A stretch of 64,000 bases of DNA from Candidatus Latescibacterota bacterium (GCA_965248755.1 OZ252149.1:2752001-2816000); one strand, 5' to 3'. Counted from the first letter of the stretch, positions 29,137 to 39,284 are shown. A program made the numbers and translations. Notes: a model not told the origin generated them from the letters alone.

Positions 29137-30414
29137 CTACATTACAACGGTCTGCTCCCTTTCAAATCCTACCGAGACCAGGAATATAGGTGTCCCGACA
29201 ACCTGGTGCATTCTATCCAGGTAGCGTTTTGCGGCGTCGGGGAGCTCGTCGAAGTATCTGATGTCGTTGGTTGGCGTCATCCAGCCGTCCAATTCCTCGT
29301 ATATAGGCTCGCAGCCTTCGAGGATTCGGGGATCGCTCGGGAATTCTGTTATCGTCTTTCCTTCATATCTGTACGCTGTGCAGATATTGATCTTGGGGAA
29401 AGAATCCAGCACATCCATCTTGGTTATGGCCAGACTGTCCAATCCGTTGACTCTGGCGGACATCCTGACCGGAACTGCGTCGAACCATCCGCACCTTCTG
29501 GGTCTGCCCGTGGTGGTGCCGTACTCGCCGCGTCCGACCTGGCGCATCATCTCTCCAGTGCTGTCCGAAAGTTCTGTGGGAAACGGCCCCGTCCCGACTC
29601 TCGTAGTGTAGGCTTTAGCTACTCCTATAACCTCATCTATCATCTTGGGGCCTATGCCTGTGCCTGTGCACGCAGCGCCAGCTACGGTGTTAGAAGATGT
29701 CACGAAGGGATATGTCCCGTGATCCATGTCCAACAGTGTGGCTTGGGCGCCTTCAAAGAGAATATGTTTGCCTTCATCTATAGCCTCATTCAAGAAGATA
29801 GAAATATCTCTGACATAGGGTGTTATTCTGTCCTTTAACTCCAGGTATGCCGTTAGCAGCTTCTGCTCATCGATGGGATCTTTTTTGTATATCTGCCTTA
29901 AAACCAGGTTTTTTTCCCTTACGTTGAAGGCGAGCTTCTCTTTGAGGGTCTCCTCATTTAAGAGATCTCCCACTCTTATTCCTATTCTAGCCACCTTGTC
30001 GGTGTAGCATGGACCTATGCCTCTGATAGTCGTCCCGAGTTTGTCTTTACCTTTCCTCTCCTCTTCGGCCTGATCTAGCAGTTTGTGATATGGCATCACC
30101 AAATGAGCGTTTTGGCTTATAAAGAGTCTTCCTTCTACTGAAATCCCTTTGTTTTCGAGTTCATCTATCTCCTCCAAGAGCGTCTCAAGGGCTATCACGA
30201 CTCCGTTTCCTATTACGCATATTTTGTTTGGGTGTATTATCCCGGCGGGAACGAGGTGGAAGATGTACTCCTTGCCGTCAACTATCACAGTATGTCCCGC
30301 ATTGGCTCCGCCCTGGAATCTGACGACTATATCGGCGTCCTTGGTCAGATAATCGACGACCTTAGCTTTTCCTTCGTCGCCCCATTGGGTTCCTACGATC
30401 ACCTTGGTTGGCAT
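29137..30414 (-). CDS. purA: Adenylosuccinate synthetase
   Basis: QWGDEGK, GGANAGHT, GTYPFVTSS, KAYTTRVG, GTTTGRPRRCGW. Confidence 0.97.
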   Translation of the reverse strand: MPTKVIVGTQWGDEGKAKVVDYLTKDADIVVRFQGGANAGHTVIVDGKEYIFHLVPAGIIHPNKICVIGNGVVIALETLLEEIDELENKGISVEGRLFISQNAHLVMPYHKLLDQAEEERKGKDKLGTTIRGIGPCYTDKVARIGIRVGDLLNEETLKEKLAFNVREKNLVLRQIYKKDPIDEQKLLTAYLELKDRITPYVRDISIFLNEAIDEGKHILFEGAQATLLDMDHGTYPFVTSSNTVAGAACTGTGIGPKMIDEVIGVAKAYTTRVGTGPFPTELSDSTGEMMRQVGRGEYGTTTGRPRRCGWFDAVPVRMSARVNGLDSLAITKMDVLDSFPKINICTAYRYEGKTITEFPSDPRILEGCEPIYEELDGWMTPTNDIRYFDELPDAAKRYLDRMHQVVGTPIFLVSVGFEREQTVVM

Positions 30415-30496
30415 AGATCACACCCCAATCTTTATGAGTTCTTACCTTTTTTGCACAAAAAAACTCCGAACAACGATGCGGTTCGAAGTCCTGATT

Positions 30497-30525
30497 ATCA
30501 TAACACATCTTCAGACGATTGTCAA
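30497..30525 (-). promoter_or_regulatory. Sigma70-type promoter of purA
   Basis: Minus strand TTGACA-17 bp-TATGAT. Confidence 0.75.
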
Positions 30526-30633
30526 GAGAAAAATTCATCTGGCGGCAATCCCTTTGATCTTTAGAAGTGCGGTTGTCCAATCGCTCAGCGATTCATAGTG
30601 ATCATGAGACTATCTATCGGATTAGATTGAGAC

Positions 30634-30662
30634 TTGACAGGCCAATACAAATATCGTATAAT
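30634..30662 (+). promoter_or_regulatory. Consensus sigma70 promoter of the UDP-glucuronate decarboxylase gene
   Basis: TTGACA-17 bp-TATAAT. Confidence 0.85.
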
Positions 30663-30716
30663 CTTATTGCTCGCCGCATGGGCAGGATTTAGTGTAGAAA
30701 GGCAGGGTTTTTCAAA

Positions 30717-30764
30717 CCCCGATAGATTCATCCCCGATAGAGGCAATCGGGGACTCTATCAGGG
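30717..30764. repeat. Nested pair of palindromic mini-elements in the 5' UTR
   Basis: CCCCGATAGATTCA[TCCCCGATAGAGGCAATCGGGGA]CTCTATCAGGG. Confidence 0.7.
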
Positions 30765-30787
30765 TGTCTCTAAGGAGAGATAAGATT

Positions 30788-31720
30788 TTGAAGATTCTCA
30801 TCACAGGCGGAGCGGGATTTATCGGATCACACCTCTGTGACTTTCTGCTGGACAAGGGACACCAGGTGATATGCATGGACAACCTCTTGACCGGCAGCCC
30901 CGATAACGTCAGCCATCTTTTCGGGAGAGAGGGATTCCAGTTTATAGACTACAACGTCACCGATTACATACATGTATCTGGGAAATTGGACTTTATCCTT
31001 CACTTTGCAAGCCCAGCAAGTCCGAAGGATTATCTGCAGTTCCCGATTCAGACCCTGAAGGTAGGCGCGCTCGGAACGCATAAGACACTGGGACTTGCAA
31101 GAGCCAAAGCGGCAAAGTATCTTCTGGCCTCCACATCTGAGTGCTACGGAGATCCGCTGGTGCACCCTCAAAGCGAGGACTACTGGGGGAATGTGAATCC
31201 CATAGGTGTTAGGGGTGTCTATGACGAGGCCAAGAGGTTCGCTGAGGCTATGACTATGGCATACCGCAGGACGCACGGTGTGGATACAAGGATTGTGAGG
31301 ATATTCAACACGCACGGACCCAGGATGCGAAGGGACGACGGGAGAGCTATACCCACGTTTGTCGCTCAAGCGCTTGCCGACGAGGACGTCACGGTGTTCG
31401 GAGACGGGTGGCAGACGAGGAGTATATGCTATATTTCAGACCTTGCGGACGGAATCTACAGACTTATGCTCTCGGACGTGACTACCCCCGTCAATATCGG
31501 AAATCCCTCGGAAATTACGATATTGGATTTGGCCGAAAAGATAATAGAGATAACCAAAAGTAAGAGCAGGATAGTCTTCAAGACCCTTCCTGAAGACGAC
31601 CCCAAGGTGAGACAGCCTGATATTTCAAAGGCGAAGAAGCTTTTAGAGTGGGAGCCGAAGGTATCCTTGGAGGAGGGATTAAAGAATACTATCGAATGGT
31701 TCAAAACTAGTAGACAGTAG
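30788..31720 (+). CDS. UDP-glucuronate decarboxylase (UDP-xylose synthase) family
   Basis: [50 protein letters not shown]; likely TTG at 30788 after AAGGAG. Confidence 0.9.
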   Translation: MKILITGGAGFIGSHLCDFLLDKGHQVICMDNLLTGSPDNVSHLFGREGFQFIDYNVTDYIHVSGKLDFILHFASPASPKDYLQFPIQTLKVGALGTHKTLGLARAKAAKYLLASTSECYGDPLVHPQSEDYWGNVNPIGVRGVYDEAKRFAEAMTMAYRRTHGVDTRIVRIFNTHGPRMRRDDGRAIPTFVAQALADEDVTVFGDGWQTRSICYISDLADGIYRLMLSDVTTPVNIGNPSEITILDLAEKIIEITKSKSRIVFKTLPEDDPKVRQPDISKAKKLLEWEPKVSLEEGLKNTIEWFKTSRQ

Positions 31721-31750
31721 ACAGGGCACCACCTCTCACCCCTTGAGATT

Positions 31751-31810
31751 GGTTCTGCTGCGCAACTCCTGACGGGGTCGGGGTTGCAGCCCTTGTAACG
31801 ACCAAGAACC
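31751..31810. terminator. Strong hairpin between the convergent uxs-like and selA genes
   Basis: GCAACTCCTGAC-GGG-GTCGGGGTTGC inside an outer GGTTCT/AGAACC stem. Confidence 0.45.
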
Positions 31811-31932
31811 TCAGGAGATGTCATTGAGAGGTTGAGTGGCTGCTTTCTTGGGTGGCAGCAATACACGAAGTAAATGAAGCAATCTTGTGGACAGTGGATA
31901 GGTAGGAGAAGGTAGAGTTGCCTGTACGCCCT

Positions 31933-33486
31933 CTACTGTTTGCTGTGTAGCGCTTTTATCGCCTCCGCTATAAGTTTGACCTCATTGTCGTGAACGGCCC
32001 TCATGTCTAAAAATACCCTGTCATTCCTCACATAACCTACTATCGGAGGATTATTCGCTCTCAAAAGAGCCGAGATCTTCGAAGCGGAGGTGGTGCAACC
32101 TGCACTCTGTGTGCGATCACTCTGTGTGCGATCACTCTGTGTGCGATCACTCTGTGTGCGATCACTCTGTGTGCGATCACTCTGTGTGCGATCACTCTGT
32201 GTGCGATCACTGCTTGCCGAAATCTCCTTGGGACTTATCGAAACTGAAGCGCTCTGGATCGGCTCCAAAGGGAGTGCTCCGCTTCCCGTCTGAGCCTCAG
32301 TCTCCTCCAATTTTAAATCCAGGTTGTCTTTTACATCGTCTAACATTCCGAGCAACCTCCTTCCCCTATCCTTAACAGTATCCAACCCCTCCGTCATCAT
32401 CCTTAAGACCGGATGGGTCTTTGCTAGTTCCCCTTCCTGTAGATAGAGCTTCAAAGTCGCCTCCAGCGCCCCGTATATCAGTTTATCGCACCTTAAAGTC
32501 CTCATAAGCGGATTCTGCTTGATCATATCTATATATTCTCTCTTTCCTATAATTAGCCCCGCCTGAGGTCCGCCCAGCACCTTATCTCCGCTGAACGTTA
32601 CTACATCCGCGCCCCTTTCTATGCTCTCTTTTGCGACCGGTTCATAGGGCAGTCCATATCTCGTCAGATCTATCAGCGCCCCGCTGCCCAGGTCGTTGAC
32701 AACGGGAATTCCACACTCAGTCCCTAACTTTATTAATTCATCCAGACCGACTTGGGCCGTAAAACCCGTAATCTTATAGTTGCTCTGATGAACCCGGAGG
32801 ATGAGGCCGGTCTTTTCACATATCGCGCTCTGATAATCCTTAAGGTGAGTCCTGTTCGTCGTTCCGACCTCAATCATCTTGGCCCCGCTCTTGTCCATAA
32901 CGTCGGGGATCCTGAACGAGCCCCCGATCTCGATCAACTCCCCTCTGGATACTATAGTTTCCTTACTGAAGGACAGTGTGTTCAAAACCAAAAAGACCGC
33001 AGCTGCATTGTTATTGACCACTGCCGCGGCCTCTGCACCCGTCAACTGTCTCAACAGTTGCTCAACGTGATCTGTTCTGTGCCCTCTTTCGCCCGATTCT
33101 AAGTCTATCTCTAAGTTGCAGTACCCCTTCGAAATCTCCATCATCCTCTCCCCTGCTGTCTCTGAAAGGGGAGCGCGCCCCAAGTTGGTATGAAGGATAA
33201 TGCCCGTCGCGTTTACCACTCTTTTCAGGTTCGGCTGAAGCATCTCCTCTGTCTTCTCTCCCACAGACCTGGCTATTTCTCCGACAATCTCATCTCTGCC
33301 AATATCACTTTGATTTTCGTCTGAAATGAGTAGGACCTTGTACTCCTCCAGACCCTCCCTTACGAGGTCCACGATCATCTTTCTGGAATACGTCGAACAG
33401 AGCTTATCCACCTCAGGCAGGGATAGAACGCTGTCCACAGAAGGTAGCTTTGAAAGCAAAGTATGATTTGCTCTGCTGTTTGACAT
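31933..33486 (-). CDS. selA: L-seryl-tRNA(Sec) selenium transferase with a repeat insertion
   Basis: VNATGIILHTNLGRAPL, VNNNAAAV, SRGELIEIGGSFRIP, EVGTTNRTH, DLGSG, FSGDKVLGGPQAG; start 33486 or 33522. Confidence 0.95.
   Translation of the reverse strand: MSNSRANHTLLSKLPSVDSVLSLPEVDKLCSTYSRKMIVDLVREGLEEYKVLLISDENQSDIGRDEIVGEIARSVGEKTEEMLQPNLKRVVNATGIILHTNLGRAPLSETAGERMMEISKGYCNLEIDLESGERGHRTDHVEQLLRQLTGAEAAAVVNNNAAAVFLVLNTLSFSKETIVSRGELIEIGGSFRIPDVMDKSGAKMIEVGTTNRTHLKDYQSAICEKTGLILRVHQSNYKITGFTAQVGLDELIKLGTECGIPVVNDLGSGALIDLTRYGLPYEPVAKESIERGADVVTFSGDKVLGGPQAGLIIGKREYIDMIKQNPLMRTLRCDKLIYGALEATLKLYLQEGELAKTHPVLRMMTEGLDTVKDRGRRLLGMLDDVKDNLDLKLEETEAQTGSGALPLEPIQSASVSISPKEISASSDRTQSDRTQSDRTQSDRTQSDRTQSDRTQSDRTQSAGCTTSASKISALLRANNPPIVGYVRNDRVFLDMRAVHDNEVKLIAEAIKALHSKQ
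32107..32211. repeat. Perfect 15-bp tandem repeat x7 (SDRTQ) inside selA
   Basis: CTGTGTGCGATCACT seven times (105 bp), in frame. Confidence 0.97.
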
Positions 33487-33535
33487 CTTTAGTGTCTTTC
33501 TCACAGTAGCTGTAATATCCAACTATCGAGTCTGT

Positions 33536-34567
33536 TTATATCTCCTCCAGAAGGTCGTCCACATTCACGACGCAGTTCCCCTCAATCGAACGATACGCGG
33601 CCTCGATGATCGCCACGGTCTTCAGATTATCCTCTGCCTCGCACAGAAAGGGCTTACCTTTGTCCAGTGCCTCAATGTAATGCCTCATGCCGTTTCCGAA
33701 CGCATCGGGGGACCAACTGCCCTTAATTTCGGGATATATCCTTGTGCCTTCTGACGTGGTTATGCATATCTCCTCAGGTGTCCCCCTTATACAACCTCTA
33801 TCGCCCTGGATGACGATCTCCTCGAGCGAATGTGGCCGGCGCCCATCTTTTCCCCTGAAGCACCAGTTGTTGATAACGACGCACACAACGCCGTTCTTGA
33901 ACTTAATATTTAGCACGCCTAAACTCTCAGCCAGAACCCCCTTCTGAGATGCGTCAGCGGCGGCCACAGCGTAGACAGTATCCGCATCTCCGAACCAATG
34001 TCTGACCAAGGCAAGGTGATGCACCGCCACGTCGCTTATGATCCATCTTTTTCCCTTGGCGAACCAGTGATCCTTTGAGACATCTACCCAGGACCTATTC
34101 TCTATCTGGCAGTAGTAGGGAGTTCCTATATAGAGCTCGTCCCGCACGTATGGTTCTATCGCCTGAAACCCCGGTACAAATACCGAATTCTGGTTCACCA
34201 TCATCGGAGCTCCGTAGGACTTGGCTATATCCACTAACTCTTTGGCCTCGGAAAGATACGACATAAGAGGCTTCTGTATAAAGATCGCCCTGCCCTTTTT
34301 TGCCGCATATTCCACAATCGGCGCCCTGATCTCGAGCTTGTGGGGCACAGTTATGTCTACTATCCTCACGTCGTCTCTGTCTATTAACTCTCGAAAATCG
34401 GTGTAGAGGTCTTCGATCCCGAACTCTTCTCTTGCAAATTTGAAGCGCTCTTCGTCTATATCTGCGCCAGCCACTACTTTCAACCCATAAAGCTTGTAGC
34501 CTTCAAGGTGCCAGCGCGAGATACCTCCCAAGCCTACAATGCCTATGCCCCAGGTTGATGTGTCCAC
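33536..34567 (-). CDS. Gfo/Idh/MocA-family oxidoreductase
   Basis: GIVGLGGI, IFIQKP, AIIEAAYRS. Confidence 0.87.
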   Translation of the reverse strand: MDTSTWGIGIVGLGGISRWHLEGYKLYGLKVVAGADIDEERFKFAREEFGIEDLYTDFRELIDRDDVRIVDITVPHKLEIRAPIVEYAAKKGRAIFIQKPLMSYLSEAKELVDIAKSYGAPMMVNQNSVFVPGFQAIEPYVRDELYIGTPYYCQIENRSWVDVSKDHWFAKGKRWIISDVAVHHLALVRHWFGDADTVYAVAAADASQKGVLAESLGVLNIKFKNGVVCVVINNWCFRGKDGRRPHSLEEIVIQGDRGCIRGTPEEICITTSEGTRIYPEIKGSWSPDAFGNGMRHYIEALDKGKPFLCEAEDNLKTVAIIEAAYRSIEGNCVVNVDDLLEEI

Positions 34568-34582
34568 TTTTATTGTTCCTTT

Positions 34583-36754
34583 TTATGTACGTACTTGTCT
34601 TTGCAGGACTATTGGATGACCTCCTAATAGCTTAGCCTTCAACGGATCGCACGTGAAGATTAGGATCTGTTTTTCGCTGGCGAATTCTCTTATAACTTCT
34701 GATGCTTTCTTTTGTATGTCAGGATCCAGGTTAGCCAGTGGGTCATCCATGATCAGAAACCCGTCTGTCTCTTTCAGAAAGTGGTTAGCCATTGACAAGC
34801 GCAGAGCTAACGCAAGCACATCTTTTTCACCACCGGAAAGCAATTCATTAGATAATAGTTCTCCGTCCCCGCGGACAAATCCTTCTGGAAGACTCTTTTC
34901 CATCTCAACGTGAGGGAATCGGCTCTCGATCATTACGGATACATAGTGTTCTACGTCTTCCTTTAACTCCTCATAAGTGCCTGTATCCATTTCTCCTAAT
35001 AGTTCTGTCGTCAAACCTTTAATCCGAGTGATAGCTTCAGCCCTTCGCAACTCAGATTCAAATTCTTCTTCGGCACCCATCAGTTGTTTTTCCAACTCTT
35101 CCGCCGATTCATCAGGCTCCCCTTTTTCCAATTCCTTCCGGTTAAGGATAAGTTCAGTCCTGTTTTTCTCTTCTGATTCCAATTCTTCCTTTTTTTCATC
35201 GTATTCCTGGATAAACAATTCTACATCGTCTACACCCTCAGGCAAAGGGGTGAGGTTATTTATTTGCTCCTGAATGTCCTTTTCATTTTTTACCACTTCT
35301 GCGAGATACAGTCGGAGTTGATGATAGCTTTCATATTCATCTTCAAGTTCGGCAATCCTCTTATGATGTCGGTCAAGCTCTTCCTCTATACTTTTAATAT
35401 CTTTCTGAATATTAGCGAGGTCTACTGCAATATCTGTCAATGACCTGGTTTCTTTTTCCTGCCCCATCTTTTCAATGCTCAATTCCAGTTCTTCATAAGA
35501 ATATTCCCCTACTTCATTTTTATAATTCTTCCGCGCTTTTTCCACCTCTTGATATTTAAATTTAAATTTGGTCCAGGCAGTAAATATAACAAAGACTGCA
35601 AATAATATAGGGATAACAATAATCCAAAGGGGAAAACTTGGCTTCCATAGCCAAATAAGAGAACACCCGATCATTATTCCACAGGCAGCTATCGTTAATT
35701 TCTTAACTTGCTTTTTCTCTTTTACTCTTTCAAAGCTCTCTCTCAGTTTTTTATTCTTTTCCTCTTTCTCCGCCTCTTTTTGCTCCTGCTCCAATGCGCT
35801 TTTTTTCTCTTCGAATTCGGATGACTGCTTTTTTATCTCGTCAATGTTGCTCTCAACAACTGGCCAATCTGTCTTGTCTTCTTCGTAATTGTTGATTTTT
35901 ACTTGTATGGCTTCTAATTCTGCGTTTAATGGCCGGCGTTGTCTCGCATCCTCCACAGCCTTTGCGTTTTCTTCGATATAATTCTCTTTTTCTTCTATTT
36001 GCTCGTCATATTTCGCAATCTGTTGGTTAATCCTATCAAGCGCCTCCTCATATTCTTGAGCTTTCGCAATATCCTTTTTTATTGTCTCCTTCTTATAAAA
36101 GGCACTGAGAACAATACCCGGAAACTTGAAAGGATTCTCAATACCTCGCCTATCCTTGGGGAATTCTTGTTCCCGGTCCCAATACTTGAAATAATCATCA
36201 TATTGACTTTGGAGCTGCTCTCTGAATTTATCTATTGAAACACCATCTGTTGCCTGGACTGCTTTCCGAAGAATATCTCCCAAAGTTTGCACAGTTTCGC
36301 GATCATTTGTTAATTCGTCAAGAGTTTTGGAAAGCCCCGATTGAGAGGTCATTAGCACCGATTTATAGGTTCCCTCTTTCGCGTATAGAAACGATTCTAA
36401 CTGTTGCGATATGGCAGTTTCATCCGTTACAACTGAACCATCCGGAAGCTCTAATGTCGCAGACTGAGTAGCCCCCCATATTCGGTTCAGAATGTAGGTT
36501 CCCCTATTATGGTCAAAGTGTAATTCTACAGAAACGGTATCTCCAACACCAATTGGGAGAAATCTTGCTATTTCACTCTTAAATTTAGTGTCGGTGAGTA
36601 TTGCTGGCGTGAAAAGGACTTTTTGGATCGCATTGAAAACCGTAGATTTACCTGCCCCAGTGTCTCCCCAAATGGTGTTGAGTCCGGGCTCAAAACTGAG
36701 ATTCCTATTGCTTAATGCACCAAACGGATTGAGCTTAACCTTTGTAATAATCAT
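34583..36754 (-). CDS. SMC/Rad50-like ATPase (YhaN/SbcC-like) with an internal transmembrane hairpin
   Basis: Walker A GDTGAGKST, long coiled coils, LSGGEK signature, IMDD Walker B, IFTC; two hydrophobic helices mid-protein. Confidence 0.85.
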   Translation of the reverse strand: MIITKVKLNPFGALSNRNLSFEPGLNTIWGDTGAGKSTVFNAIQKVLFTPAILTDTKFKSEIARFLPIGVGDTVSVELHFDHNRGTYILNRIWGATQSATLELPDGSVVTDETAISQQLESFLYAKEGTYKSVLMTSQSGLSKTLDELTNDRETVQTLGDILRKAVQATDGVSIDKFREQLQSQYDDYFKYWDREQEFPKDRRGIENPFKFPGIVLSAFYKKETIKKDIAKAQEYEEALDRINQQIAKYDEQIEEKENYIEENAKAVEDARQRRPLNAELEAIQVKINNYEEDKTDWPVVESNIDEIKKQSSEFEEKKSALEQEQKEAEKEEKNKKLRESFERVKEKKQVKKLTIAACGIMIGCSLIWLWKPSFPLWIIVIPILFAVFVIFTAWTKFKFKYQEVEKARKNYKNEVGEYSYEELELSIEKMGQEKETRSLTDIAVDLANIQKDIKSIEEELDRHHKRIAELEDEYESYHQLRLYLAEVVKNEKDIQEQINNLTPLPEGVDDVELFIQEYDEKKEELESEEKNRTELILNRKELEKGEPDESAEELEKQLMGAEEEFESELRRAEAITRIKGLTTELLGEMDTGTYEELKEDVEHYVSVMIESRFPHVEMEKSLPEGFVRGDGELLSNELLSGGEKDVLALALRLSMANHFLKETDGFLIMDDPLANLDPDIQKKASEVIREFASEKQILIFTCDPLKAKLLGGHPIVLQRQVRT

Positions 36755-37875
36755 TCTCTAACCTTCTGGATCAGGTCATAAGCGATTTGCAAGGACTCAA
36801 AGTCCTCCTCCTCGGCAAGTTTACTTAATAACTTGTGTGGGAAGGATTCTTGAGTGAACTCACTGTCGATCGCATCTAGTGTGATCTCTTCTGTAACTTC
36901 GCTGTCATCCCACTCTTGCAGGTGGAAGAGTTGATTTTCAATCTCTTCTTTCAATTCACGTAGGCTGTTGTACTCGTCTCTTGGGAGTCGCCCCTTCAAT
37001 TTCAACTTTAACAAAGTCTTGGTATGCGTTGGTTCGGAATATTTGGTCTTCAACATAGCCAGGTCTGTACCACTCTTGACTTCAACTTCATCGTGGAAAA
37101 ACCGATACTGTCCCGTAGAGATAGAAGTAGGTTGTATCTTCTTATCCTCGTCCAATTCTATGATCCAGGCTTTCCCTTCGTGCTTGCAATCGAAACCATT
37201 CGGCTCAGGCGTGCTAGGATAAAAGATTAGGTCATAGTCTCCGGGACCCGGAAGTTGAATACGGTCCGTGTGTCCCATTAGCCACAGGTCAACTTCGCAA
37301 TCCAGAAGATCAGTCCGCGTCATAGGATAATAGCTTTTCTCAAAGTCTGGAGAGACTCCTTCCAGACTACCATGGGCGATACCAATGTGATATTTAACCC
37401 CCTTATCCTTCAGTGTTTCTTTTATCCAACCTACATAATTTTCACTTGAATTTTTGGCATCACATGGGGCAGGATACAGATTGACATCCAAATCGTAGTG
37501 CTCCAGGGGATAAATCTTTTTTTCTTCGAGCACCAGCACATTATCATTATCACCAATGTTTCCTTTGAAAGTTGTCCATAACTCACTTTGCCCACTCGAT
37601 ATATAATCATGATTACCGGGAAGAACGGAAACCAAACGTCCTTGGAATTGACTCAGTATTTGTGCTGCTTTAAGCACATCGGGTTTGGCAATTGAAATGC
37701 GGTCAAAGAGATCGCCAGCTACAACAAACAGATCGCACTGTTCTGAGCTTGCCCGTTCTACCAGATTCTCTAAGGTCGTAAACCGCGCTTCGCTTAGTTC
37801 CGTTTGCACCTCGGGGTATCCTGCAAACTTCATCCCCAAGTGAACATCGGCCGTATGGAAGATTTTCAATGACAT
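36751..37875 (-). CDS. Mre11/SbcD-like (YhaO-like) metallophosphoesterase nuclease
   Basis: HTADVHLG, AGDLFD, PGNHD, AHGS, LMGH; ATGA overlap with the ATPase gene. Confidence 0.88.
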   Translation of the reverse strand: MSLKIFHTADVHLGMKFAGYPEVQTELSEARFTTLENLVERASSEQCDLFVVAGDLFDRISIAKPDVLKAAQILSQFQGRLVSVLPGNHDYISSGQSELWTTFKGNIGDNDNVLVLEEKKIYPLEHYDLDVNLYPAPCDAKNSSENYVGWIKETLKDKGVKYHIGIAHGSLEGVSPDFEKSYYPMTRTDLLDCEVDLWLMGHTDRIQLPGPGDYDLIFYPSTPEPNGFDCKHEGKAWIIELDEDKKIQPTSISTGQYRFFHDEVEVKSGTDLAMLKTKYSEPTHTKTLLKLKLKGRLPRDEYNSLRELKEEIENQLFHLQEWDDSEVTEEITLDAIDSEFTQESFPHKLLSKLAEEEDFESLQIAYDLIQKVRE

Positions 37876-37936
37876 TTCAAGGAGCCTCCCGACTTAATTT
37901 TAATTACACATCTGTGCCCCTTTAGAACCAGTACGC

Positions 37937-39208
37937 CTAAAATACTCCTAAATTGCCATCAGAGTCAAACGCCATCTCCTTTGCGTCTGTTACCATCTGT
38001 AAGTCGTCCCTTCCTTCCATCTGATCTAGGTATGCCTCAGATGCATCTACTTCTTTCAACATCAGTGTGTTCTTTACTCTTAGGACCTTAGCATCTTCTG
38101 GCTCGATCAGACCGATAGTCGAAAGTGCGGCGTCCAAGACCTCCCTGTCCGTATCCATGGCAATAGGAACATAGCCCGCCTTGGGATTTACCGCTGTTAT
38201 GCAGTTTATGTATGTATCCTTGAACTTTATCTTGTCCGTCAAACTGTGGGTCGTAAAATCTGCAAAGCCTATCCCTGAGGCGTTCCCTTTGGCCTCGTTT
38301 GTCAGGTCTCTTACAAATATCCTTGTAACTTTCGGTCCACCTACGTCCTCCAGGGTTAGATTCATAGCCACGTGTTTTCTCCCAATAACGTTGGTGTCCA
38401 TCCCTGTTCCGCTTATGTTCTTTCCCATCTCATCCACGATCAAGAGATCGACTGGATCAAAGGGGAGTTTGGCAAGCCACTCTTTAGCTTGCTTCAGGAG
38501 GGCCTTTTCTTCTTCCTCTATATTCTCCGGTTCGACAGCCCTAATGACGGCAGTCTGATCGTATCCATTTTCAAGCGTCGCCATCCCGCAGAGTATTGGG
38601 CAGTTTGAAAGCATAAACCTCCCCACAGTCCTTACGATCCTGTCGAAGGAGAAGTTTACGATCGCTCTATGATAGATCTTTGCTCCTTCGTGCTTCCCCA
38701 TTCCGATCATCATCATCTTCATCATTCCGCTTTCTATCTCGCCCACGAAATCGGTGTGCGGCTTCACCCTGTTGGCGACCACGATGTGGTCGGCTTCCGA
38801 CGCATATTTGTCCAGATAGATGGGTATGGATAGATAGTCCTCCTCCACCGTCCCGACCTTAATCACCTCCATAGACGATTTTAGGGGACATCCCATCGTC
38901 TCCTCTGAGATCCCGTAGCTCCTTAGGATCTCACTTTGTCCCTCCGCGGTCCCGCCTCCGTGGCTCCCCATAGCGGGGACGATGAACGGTTCTGCTCCTA
39001 AGGACTTAAAGACGTCCACCATAGTCCTTATGATTACGTCTATATTTGCAATTCCTCGACTTCCCGCAGTGATTGCCACGCTCTGCCCCCCCTTCACCTG
39101 TGACCCCACGTTTATGGCCTCCATCTGATTCTTCACCTCTCCTGCCACATCCTTCACCACAGGAGCGTCAAATCTCTGATTCAATCTGAACATCCTCGGA
39201 TAGTCCAT
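37937..39208 (-). CDS. LarA/DUF2088-like (lactate racemase domain) protein
   Basis: AITAGSRGIANI, PAMGSHGGGT, NRVKPHT, GKNISGTGMDTN; likely ATG at 39208. Confidence 0.8.
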   Translation of the reverse strand: MDYPRMFRLNQRFDAPVVKDVAGEVKNQMEAINVGSQVKGGQSVAITAGSRGIANIDVIIRTMVDVFKSLGAEPFIVPAMGSHGGGTAEGQSEILRSYGISEETMGCPLKSSMEVIKVGTVEEDYLSIPIYLDKYASEADHIVVANRVKPHTDFVGEIESGMMKMMMIGMGKHEGAKIYHRAIVNFSFDRIVRTVGRFMLSNCPILCGMATLENGYDQTAVIRAVEPENIEEEEKALLKQAKEWLAKLPFDPVDLLIVDEMGKNISGTGMDTNVIGRKHVAMNLTLEDVGGPKVTRIFVRDLTNEAKGNASGIGFADFTTHSLTDKIKFKDTYINCITAVNPKAGYVPIAMDTDREVLDAALSTIGLIEPEDAKVLRVKNTLMLKEVDASEAYLDQMEGRDDLQMVTDAKEMAFDSDGNLGVF

Positions 39209-39284
39209 GATTATCCTCCGGTTTCTTTTCCCCGAAAGTGCTTCGATACTTATCGAGTGTCTAAATAAAATAAACGTTGACAAT

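Noticed and set aside
30654..30720. Purine riboswitch-like TCGTATAATC near purA
   Set aside because: On the wrong strand for purA, lacks the downstream TCTACC core, and coincides with a consensus -10 box
31745..31815. tRNA-Sec (selC) next to selA
   Set aside because: Only a long hairpin; no cloverleaf, TCA anticodon loop or GTTCGA T-loop on either strand
32103..32211. CRISPR array
   Set aside because: Head-to-tail 15-bp units with no spacers, in frame within selA, and no cas genes
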